In this document: positions 54,301-64,000 of the stretch, one piece after another
How the letters are laid out: every line of letters begins with the position of its first letter
Numbering within the stretch: position 1 is the stretch's first letter
Assembly: GCF_964204645.1 (NCBI RefSeq)
Contig: NC_134027.1
Location: 5,488,485-5,552,484 of the forward strand
Length of the DNA: 64,000 nucleotides
DNA from: Tubulanus polymorphus
Taxonomy: Eukaryota; Animalia; Nemertea
Direction: 5' to 3'
The notes under the pieces: model-generated
What the model saw: only the letters and a program-made list of their open reading frames with translations
The model's database searches: none
Told to the model about the DNA's origin: nothing
Program-made: the position numbers and the translations under genes

Positions 54301-56288
54301 AAAACCGGATGATTGTCGCGAATATATCATTCGGCGTATATGGTTGTATTTATGTTGTAGTTTTCATTCATGGTTGTTGTATCATATCAATCCATAATAA
54401 TGTGATAATCCCTTTTCAGTACTGTACAGGTTGTTTACTAGATTCTATCCAATAGTTGTACAGATTTGACACAATGTGATCTCAATATCATTTATATGAA
54501 CGTATGGGCAGAATAAATCAGTGCTGTTATAGATCTTTCAACGATAAGGAAGTCTCGTTGTTCGTAGTCATTTCTCTCGGACCTAGGGAATTCTTTGGAG
54601 TCCTCGATAGTATGGACAATGATAATCATTACCTCAGCCTCATGTTTCAGAGTCATTTCTTCAACCAAACGATGGTGTTCAACTTGTTCATGTTCATATT
54701 CGGACTTTAAGAATGAGTATTCTTTTCGCATACGGTTGTATTCAGATCTAAATTTTTCAACTTCGTGTTCTAGCGACAGGAATCGGTCGCGATAAGGCTG
54801 TTCTAATTCATCAGTTACTTGCATCTTGATGACCTCGAGCTTCTGCGGAGTCACAACCTAATACAAACAATTATCAAATAATCAATTTAAGACAACACAT
54901 ACAATTCAACTTTCAAAGGAGATCTTAACTTTTCATCTATGTTATCGCCTTGGATACGTGTACCTAAGAGATCTCTTAGGCAACTGGAATACTTGATTAG
55001 CATGCTTTTCCAATCTCATCACCAACTTATTTCATGAATATCAGTGAGCTACACATAATATCATTACAATATCAAACATCTGTACACAGGTCACTATGAA
55101 TAAAGTCAGGATCAAGATACATTAATGATTGCTCAGTATGAATTGTATTACGCGAAATTGATTGATTGTGGGATCAAGTTTCAGTAACACTTCAAGTACT
55201 TCACTATTCAATTAAGCAACGATTCACAGTTAGTTAATGAATCGATCTACCCAACCAATTAACAATAAATACCTGGTGACTGGTAGACTGATATAAATCT
55301 CAGTAATAAGTGTATGAGCGAAACCCGCAGTTGATGATTTAACTATTCATTTTCTAACAGTTTCCAAACCTTTCTTAGTTACATTTAGATTTTCAAATTA
55401 CTGTATAGCTATCGTTATTATGTTATTTTGATTTCCCTGAAATGATGAAGCTGTCAGAATATAAATGATTAAACCAACTGTGGGATAAGTGTTTTAATAA
55501 ATAGGGCTATATGTACCTGTGTTTTTAAATCATCGATCTGCTCAACAAGGTCAACTTTTTCTCTCTTTGCTTGATCTAACAATGACTTATACTTGTCTTG
55601 CGTGATTTTACTTTCTTCGATCGTACTGCGCATCTCATTTTGTAACGAAACGTATTCATCTTGTAAACTGCAAGCCAAAAGAAACCACAAACATATGAGT
55701 TGCCCCTCAAAATCCAAGGGGGCCAAATTCTGGAATAGTTTAATGCCCACGATTGCCATCAGCTTTTAAAAAAAGTCTTTATCATTTTCTTAGTTCAATC
55801 TATTGACTGATACTCTTTGCACGCTACTTGCTAGCTTTTCCATTTTTATGTTTGTATTCTAAATGTCTGGTAACGAGTGTATATGAGGGTGAGTATTGGG
55901 AGTGAATGGACAAGGGATTAGGACTAGTTTTAAGCCAACTTTTGCTTTTCCGTATTCCTCGCATAATCTATTGCTAAAATTTTTTTCATAACACTGTATG
56001 TCATATTGTAAGCACATATCTGTGTATCGATCTATCATGCAAATAAACTTTAACTATAACTATAGTTACATTATTGAACCAGACAAACCAACATAACTAT
56101 TAGTATTGGACTCAAGTGGTCTACAGATAAGCGATTTACCTTCTATGTTCAGCTTGTAATGTCTGATAATTCGTTCGATGTTGTTCACTTCGCATCTTTT
56201 CGTCAGCGAGCATTTTTTGTAAACTGGAATCCTGAGCGAGTTTAGCTTGTCCCGCTAGGTCCGACATACCGGGCACGCTACTAGACAT
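51361..56288 (-). CDS. CEP83: Centrosomal protein of 83 kDa (CCDC41; distal appendage coiled-coil protein), 12 coding exons, ~736 aa
   Basis: Exons 56140-56288, 55517-55667, 54633-54857, 53960-54208, 53619-53865, 53279-53423, 52976-53125, 52730-52892, 52460-52660, 52200-52300, 51787-52054, 51361-51522 total 2211 nt, all GT-AG. Motifs LQKMLADEKMRSEQHRTNYQTLQAEH, TPQKLEVIK and EYSFLKSEYEH match CEP83. Confidence 0.92.
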
Positions 56289-56768
56289 TTTTGTGGTGAA
56301 AACACTGAAATCAAAAAACAGGCTGAAGTTAACAAATGGTGCTATTTTGAATATGCCCCATTCATTTTAGGAGGCCTATTTCATTTCATATTGAGTGCGT
56401 TATTTTCGGCAAGAGGCCAGGTGAGCTCAAATAAATTGAAGTCAAGGGCCATTATTGAATATGATTGGAGTTAAAATGCTGCTATATCTCTTGTGCAAAT
56501 CTCAGTTAACATGGTTATAAGTTGATGAGCAAGATTTAAATGAAGAAGGAAGCGGATATTTTGCCAACAATGCAGCATTATTCATGTAAACGCTATTTTG
56601 CTAGTAAAATAACTAACAATAAAATCATTTTTTAGGGTTTAGGGTTTTGATAGGGTATAGAGGGTTCAGAGGGTTAGAATCGGAAGAGATACAGGCTTGA
56701 GGCTCAGTCTTGTCCCCACCTACTAATTAAAATTTAAAGGCAGAGACATTCAGTGAGTGGTAGGATGA

Positions 56769-57991
56769 GCCTCTGGTGGTCTAATGGGCAGGGTCTGAAA
56801 CACGGCCCCGGCCCCGGCCACACGTCTGAAACACGGTCCCGGCCCCAGTCCCGGCCGCACACGTCTTAAACACGGCCGCTCTTTTTTTCGTTTAAATGGT
56901 CAAATGAAAGAAAAAAGAGATTTTCTACTATCTATCTCTCTCTATATAGACTATTTCACTTTTGAACGGTTAAGCTTCAATCGACTGTCATTTTGGCCCA
57001 AACCAGATGCCTATCTATCTACACTTTTGCTTTGCGAGGAGCTATAATCAAATTTTGATAAAATAATACATTTAGTTAGTATGAGTTTTTTATGTAGTGG
57101 CTATAATATCAGTGGGAAGGTTTTCTCTAAAGTTAGTTTTATCTATCTCCAGGTGACCACTCTTGATTCGCCAAGACAACAGTCTCTTTTAATCAACTAA
57201 GAAACCCCTGAGATAACGCTCCGCGTTATAGCATTACAAGTTCCACACGTAATTTACAGGCTCCTTTCATTAATTTTTCAAATTTTTTATGCATACATGC
57301 AGTATTTATGTTAATCTGACCATGGTAGTTGACAGACCACATGAAGAAGCGGCTCAATATTTCAGGGGCCTTAGGCTTTTTTTTTGGTTCTTAGGTTAAG
57401 TAAAGACCTGCATTGAGAGTGAATTACTTTGTGCCAACAAATCAACTTTTCTACCTTAAATGTATCACCCACACAATACCCCAAAAGCTCGTATGGATAA
57501 TTTACCTTGGGGAAACTGAGTTATTTACCTCCTTCGACTGGTGATTCTAATTTGGGTGAGAGTATGTTTTGTTGCCTGTTTTTTTGTTTGTTGTTGAATA
57601 TTATGTATTGATCACTAGTTGATCATTGTGGGATAAAATGAACACTATTGTTTGTTTGTCCATTTTCTGAAAATCATAGCAGATAGGCATCTGATTTGGG
57701 GCAAAATGACAGAGTCGATTGAAGCTTAAACCGTTCAAAGTTGAATTAGTCTATATTTGGACTTTTGATAGATAGTAGAAAATCTCTTTTTTCTTTCATT
57801 TGACCATCTAAATTAAAACAAAGAGCGGCCGCGGCCGTGTTTAAGACGTGTGCGGCCACGGCCGGGACCGTGTTTCAGACCGTGTTTCAGTTCAGACGTG
57901 TGGCCGCGGCCGGGGCCGTGTTTCAGACCCTACCGGTCTAATGGAAAGACGCACGCTAGCTATTTCATTTGTTGGCCTAGGTTCGAATACT
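56769..57991 (+). mobile_element. tRNA-derived SINE head, interrupted by the MULE-like element
   Basis: Reconstructed empty site GCCTCTGG-TGGTCTAATGG-AAAGACGC...A-GGTTCGAATAC contains a Pol III A box and a B box (57980-57990) about 35 nt apart; no clean cloverleaf. Confidence 0.55.
56787..57934. mobile_element. Non-autonomous Mutator-like (MULE) element with long TIRs
   Basis: GG(C/T)AGGGTCTGAAACACGGCC termini; imperfect TIRs about 230 bp; 9-bp TSD GGTCTAATG at 56778-56786 and 57935-57943; no ORF. Confidence 0.88.
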
Positions 57992-58259
57992 GTTCCATCA
58001 CCTGCCTGGCTTAGGCTTGAAATAATTTCCAAATTAAATCAAAAAACAAATAAATGTTCAACGAAGGAGGAAAGTCGAATACGAACCTTTCTTATCGTTT
58101 AAAACTAAAAGTCAGAATGTAGCAGTCAGAATGTTGTAGCTCATGAGCTAAAGACGTTGTAGGAAGATTGGAGCAATATCTGCAAAACTGCTGCCTTTCA
58201 AAACAACTCGAACATTAGCGTCTCTTCGTCCTAAAACTTGTCCATTCTTGTCACCGACA

Positions 58260-58540
58260 ATTTGTTTACATCAGTTATAAATTTGACTTCCGTGTTGTTA
58301 ATAAAATCCGTATTTGGATTAGGAATAACGGATCGGTTCTATAGAAAAGCCGGATCCGGACTAAAAAGAGATCGTCTATTGCGGACCAGGGAAGAACTCA
58401 AACTAACGATTTATAGCCTTTTCATAAAACAGACGATATGATTACGGCCTGTAAACGCTGGGTGACTGCTAAGGCGTAATAAGCCAATCATGGGGTGAGG
58501 CGGCAGCGCGGGCACGTACTACCGGTGAGCCAATCGAGGT
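58260..58540 (-). promoter_or_regulatory. Probable CEP83 promoter region
   Basis: Locally GC/CpG-richer; CCAAT at 58484 and 58530, ETS ACTTCCG at 58286, forkhead-type TGTTTAC at 58263. An acceptor just upstream of the CEP83 ATG and a candidate donor near 58086 imply a 5' UTR exon here. Confidence 0.4.
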
Positions 58541-58946
58541 GATAGCCATCGGTTTGAGGGTCAATGTTCAATTAAAGAAATATACAATCAATAGTTAATT
58601 CAAGTATTCACGAGTCAACACGCGTCACGCCTTTTTTCTGCTAGAAACTCATTAAACAAGAATCTGTTGAATTCATACAGCACGAAGAGTTGACAACTCT
58701 GTGATTGACGGGTTGTCTCGATGACACCCCTCCAAACGTCATAACGGACACCACCAATCCACTCACATGGATTCCTATACCACGGGTTTCAATAAAAAAC
58801 ACGACTCTAGGTACTAATGGCAGTAGGTTGAATGTATTTTCAGTATATACGCTGCCCATAAAATTCGAACATATGTACAATGAATTATATTTCTATACAC
58901 AACATGAAAATATATCCTTAAGAAAATGAAATATCGAACTGACCCC

Positions 58947-60921
58947 TTAACCTGTTCCGTATGGTTGTCTGTGAACAGGTATGTGTTGAAATTGTGCCGA
59001 CTCAAAAATACCCAACTGTTCTTTCTGATGTGATTGTTGTTGTTCTTGGTGTTGTTCCTTTCGTGGTTGTTCTTGAAAGAAACTTTCTTGTTGTTTTACG
59101 AAACCGTTTTGTTGCTCTTGGGGTTGCTCATGTAAGTAACTTGCTTGTTCTTTCAAGAAACCTGCATCTTGTTCCTGGGGTTGCTGCTGTTGTTGTTGTG
59201 GTTTTATGAAACGTTGTTGGACGAGGAAACTTTGTTCACGTGGTTCGTCTTCTTTTGAGGCACCATCATGTTGCGTTTGTGGTTGTTGTAAAATTTGTTT
59301 TTGTTGCCGCTGCATCGGCGGCTGATCAGGTTCTACGATATCATTTGACCTGATGAAGTAGAATGAGAGGAAACGTGGGGCACCGAAACAAATCGGCTGG
59401 ATGTTGTTTATGAGATGCGGATTCAACATAGAGTCACTTGGAAAACTGTGTGAACTTTTTCGAGCTACAATTAGACAAACAGTTCGATTTATCAACAGAT
59501 GCATCCAAACTTGTGGCACACGCCCGTCCTTGCATTTTTCATACCTTCATTGATGAAAAACCTTGAAAAGTGGCTACCAATTTCTACGTCAACGGCTGAG
59601 TGTGCAATAGGTCCTTTGCTCCAATCATAGACCGACTTTTCTGGGTGCCATTGAACAGCGTAGAATGGGTATTTGTATGCTTAAAATAGATTGAAATAAA
59701 AACATGTTATAAGATGTTTTATGCTCACTGTGAGATATATGCTCATTTCAGAATTATCATAGAATACCAACATTCTATTGTTGAAATGAACAGCTTTCCC
59801 TCTCTATCCTGACTCGTGGAGATAACTCGATAGAAATTCAACAGATTCGTATTTGCGAGAAAGTCCTTAAAGTGAAAAATTTGTTAACATTACGTAACTA
59901 GATGGTGAAAGTATTTAATCGTCGTCATAAAAATGTCGTACCTTCACTGAAACACAGAGGTGGTGATCGTGTGTCGTGCTATTGTTCATGATTAGATGCC
60001 CTAAGAAACGTTTCGGCAGACCTTGCATCATACGACTATTCTGCAAGCCCGGGAACGGCGCAAAAGGGGTGGAATACATTTGCGCATCACACTTGGAGAC
60101 GATATTCGTGTCTTGTATAGGCACCTGCATGGCCAGAAATCCGAGACGCAAACCCCATACGGGAAAATAATCTCCACGCTCATTTGCCTGAATTATTTTT
60201 ATAATGAAATTGACAACATTGAAACCTTCCTTTTTTTAGCCCGTAAACATTCATATTTGCCCCTAGAGATTGATAATGCATTTAGATAATCAGTACCTCT
60301 ATTGCCATTCTCATATAAATCTTGACGAGATCAAAATACTGCGAATTTACAGAACTTGTTCCTTCATCGCCAGGAATATATAAACTAAAAGTGAATAGAT
60401 TCCTCAATAGATATATTGATCAATTCTAAGTTAACTCATCATGGATTCAATCTTTCTGGTTTACCCGTTTATCCATTTAAACATGCGCTGATGATACTGC
60501 CAGTCTTCGGTCAATCTATTCGCAAAAAAACTTATCGCGTAAGGATTCATTAAAAAAGGAATGAACATTCAAGCGCTAGATCGGAGTCGCGTAGTAATGT
60601 CAACGTGAACCTTTCTCTTGACTGATTTCATTGCATTATGCTTACGGAATAGGTACGACTCTGGCACCTCCTTGTTGTACGAACTGCACCTGGTGCGTAG
60701 AAATTAGATTATCTCCATACGCCTTTACCCATTCATCATTCAGTACTTTTTGGGTTAAGATACCTATGAAGATATACCACGTTTCCATCATAATCGACCA
60801 TTTTAATGAAGTCAATATCGATACAAGACATGAAACACTTACCGATCACGGGCGAATCGTGACATACGCATATATGTATTGCTGCCAAAATTATACCAAT
60901 TGTTGCTACGAAATTCTCCAT
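58947..60921 (-). CDS. GGH: Gamma-glutamyl hydrolase-like secreted protein (peptidase C26), catalytic Cys replaced by Arg, Q/E-rich tail; 8 exons, ~442 aa
   Basis: Exons 60843-60921, 60646-60763, 60465-60515, 60297-60384, 59942-60187, 59772-59865, 59545-59679, 58947-59464 total 1329 nt with an open frame. Motifs: signal peptide, PVIGIL, GGARVVPI, WINGLYIPGD, GDYFPVWGLRLGF, YKYPFYAVQWHPEK, FFINEARKSSHSF. Confidence 0.9.
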
Positions 60922-61462
60922 TTCTAATAGTAAGTCTGGAATATCCGTTCTCACTATATTGCAACGACAATCTCGAAACTACAACGAGTTAATTAGCAGG
61001 CACCATATGGATACGTAATTTCGAATTTACAAGGCGAACAATGACTGTGAAATGAATGCAATTTAGAATTTAATTTAGACTAAATAATTTTAACCGATCA
61101 ACACACAGAGAAACGGCCAAACTATTTTGTATTTCCGAAATAGTGATTATTTGTAGTGATCAATAGTGTGTAAATGAAATTCTTGAGGTAATATTAGAGG
61201 CATTTGTTTAGATGGTGATGTATGTGAGTAATTGAATTAACCATAAAACGTAAGCTTTGTCAAAATACATATTAATATATCACGCATTTATACACCGATA
61301 CAATTAATTTGTGTAGGAATTGCATTCCTGTTTACAAAGCAATCTAGCGATTACAGATGAAGATAAGCATATTATTGATATCTGGGATTATATAATTCTA
61401 TCATATTCCATCATACGAAAACGCATGAACGCAGAGATACTCCGGATTATGTGCAAATAGAT

Positions 61463-63845
61463 ATGGCTCAAATTCGGAGCGGTGTTTTGTTTTTCTGCAC
61501 GTGTATCAAGATTTTTACAATCGGTGTAATTGCACGAGATCATTCAGAAAATGTTGGAAAAACAGGTACTACGGGTACTGCGGTCATCCGTCGAGATCAT
61601 CATCTAGAATTGTAGTGATCGATATCTATTTCTATCTATAGAATACAGAGCTCTTGGTTGCTTTATCAGCGCAATGAAACCATTCGGTCACAAGTATTTG
61701 GGCGAAACTGCGTGGAACTCCTCTAATATCACAGCCTGTGCTGCAGCCGCTTTCAAAATGAAGATACGGGTATTTGCAACGGACCACGAAGACAATTGTT
61801 ACGTGGGTAAGAACCTCGAATAATACACACGGTTCCACAACATTTAAGTTGAAAACGCGGGAACAAATGATTTTTTCATCAATTTCAAATGATGAAATGA
61901 TCATTAGAAAGTGCTACAGACGATTTTCAGATTTCTTGCAGACTTCTTCCATGCTGAAGATCGACGATAAATTCACTGTATAAATAATTACTAACTACTA
62001 ATAACATTGCAGATAGTATAAAATACTATATTCCATTAAGCTAAAACATTTCAGTTGTAATTTTCGTTGAAAATATTTGCATTATTGTCATTATTATCAT
62101 TATCATTGATATTATCATTAATATTATTTTTAATAAGGAGTTAGTTGAATGGAAATTTGATTTCAGCGAACTATTTATTGCAGACTTCTTGATATTGATA
62201 ATCATTGCAGTTTAACTTAGATTAATGTATCAACATCATTTTCCTGGCGGTATTTTTTTCCTACTGTAAAAAAAAGATGTTGATTTGGTGGCGTTTCTTC
62301 CGGTGACAATCGTTTCCTTCGCCATCCAGTCCATTCAGATCAATTTTTACAGACCCCGTAAGCGATTGTACGTATGATGTTAAAGGACATTCGGAGGCAT
62401 GCGGCAAGAAATGGATTGATTCTCATCATTCAGTCACTGTCTACATAGTTGGACAGGAATTAGGTAAGAGAACGCGCTTTTAGTTGAAATGTGAATTTCT
62501 AATTCTATGTCACTTTTCATTTTCAAATACGATGTCACGGTTGTAACTGATACATTTCAGCTGCCGCTGTTGATGCAGGAAAAAATGTCCGTGAAGTGCT
62601 TCAATGTGACACACAATCGAAGACATTCCTTCAATCGGGTGGGTTGCGTTACAGCCGAAAATAAACGCTTTAAATGGGTCTCACAACGATTGAACTGGAT
62701 CCAATTGAATTACATTCCAATTTCAGATGATACGCAGCCGACGACTACTACGATTGGACCACGTGCCATGGTATGTGACGTTTTACGGATCGATCTGTCT
62801 TTCAACCGATTTTTTTAAATACCATATGGGCCCTAATGTATTGGAAGTATTGAGCTAAATAGTCTTAAATTCACAACATTTTCTGCCGTTAAATGTTTGA
62901 TGTTTGTGATTTTCTCTTCAAGCCAATGGTTACTGAAGCTTTAGAGTCATCGGTTGATTATTTGTTAGATATGGCAGAGTCGAATGACTTACGACAATCA
63001 GGGTACGAATAGAAACACGATTCAACCACACTGGGAAACAGGGGTCCAAGAATTATATATTATTTGTATTTTTCTCGATGCAGGATTGGTAAAATATTAT
63101 CCGGCTCATCTTCAAAAGTGGCACTGAGTCTTTTTGATACATACTGCAAATTTATCGACAGAATAGTCGGTCTTAATTCCTCTGATGATAGTGATATATC
63201 AAGACAGGTACCAAGCTCCTTATCCCGAATGATTCAATCCATGAAAAATATTTTGTGGAGGGGCATTGTTGTTGTACATCAAGTTTACTAAACATTTTAG
63301 CGACCAAATCTATTGATGAAGAAATTGAAAATGTCTGAAAGTTTAGGTGAAATTGTAGGTAGCAGTATGAGAGTAGGAGATATGTCGGACTCTAAACAGC
63401 AGCATTTATGTACGTATACTTTTTCCGAAGGATCGATACAATTGAGATATCACCGTATGAGACAAACAAATCCTTATTCTCGATTACCTTACATGGACGC
63501 CTTAATGGCAGTTCTTTACTTCATACTTTAAGCATACGCCATCGAAAAGATATCCACAGCAGTTGTAAAAACCAAAATTGCATATCCTCGAAACAAATTG
63601 ACACCAGGTCAAATCGAGCTTCCTCTGTCTTATTTTAGAATGTCCGAAATTAAAGGTTGGTTTTGATAATATCTTATGCAGACAAGTCTTATTTTGGTGG
63701 GCGTGTTAATATCCCAACTTCATCAATTGTTTCATCTTACTTGTTCTTTACATCTTTTTACAGAATCTGTCGACATTGTTCTTTGTGCGTTGGATGTTGA
63801 GTATCGAGAATTTATGAGATCTCTTGATACTATCCAGTTACGTCG
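61463..63845 (+). CDS. Secreted or membrane protein with signal peptide, WSC-like domain, Thr-rich linker and possible GAIN region (adhesion GPCR/PKD-like); 3' end unresolved
   Basis: Phase-consistent GT-AG exons 61463-61565, 61642-61806, 62353-62463, 62561-62638, 62727-62770, 62923-63002, 63084-63207, 63301-63409, 63533-63655, 63764-63845. Translation MAQIRSGVLFFCTCIKIFTIGVIA...EYRALGCFIS...TACAAAA...VFATDHEDNCYVDPVSDCTYDVKGHSEACG...SVTVYIV...QPTTTT...GQIELPLSYF. Confidence 0.7.
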
Positions 63846-64000
63846 GTAATTGAGAACTAGTAGAACTACAGGCCTTAATCCCGTAGCCATAATACCCGTT
63901 TAAAAAAGCAAATATTGTCATACAATAGATGATGCGCTCAAAATCGACAGTACATCTATTCTTTAGAGACCAAATAAAAAGAACCTTTGAAATCTAATGA

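Noticed and set aside
56632-56680. TTAGGG-like telomeric repeats (also near 3066-3085)
   Set aside because: Only a few degenerate units; not a telomeric array.

Overview
AT-rich, intron-containing animal genomic DNA, probably from a lophotrochozoan invertebrate (inferred from gene content, not proven). Manual splicing supports six protein-coding genes: (1) complete WDR82 (minus, 9 exons, 313 aa, one probable GC-AG intron); (2) a secreted 10-Cys prokineticin/astakine-like peptide gene (minus) whose Cys-rich frame is absent from the ORF track; (3) a multi-copy xxEFL-amide neuropeptide precursor (minus) with a TATA/CRE/CCAAT promoter; (4) complete CEP83 (minus, 12 coding exons); (5) a secreted gamma-glutamyl hydrolase-like protein whose nucleophile Cys is replaced by Arg and which has a Q/E-rich tail (minus); (6) a divergent plus-strand gene with signal peptide, WSC-like domain and possible GAIN region, whose 3' end is unresolved. 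Non-coding DNA includes a 1.5-kb foldback element (TATGG..CCATA ends, 6-bp TSD, IS3EU-like) built of 144-bp higher-order repeats of E2F-like palindromes and nested in an older MITE, a MULE-like element (9-bp TSD) splitting a tRNA-type A box, several small MITEs, Penelope-like hammerhead remnants, and an orphan ETS-rich promoter with a possible non-coding transcript. The 14-42 kb interval has no recognisable coding sequence. All coordinates were read by eye.
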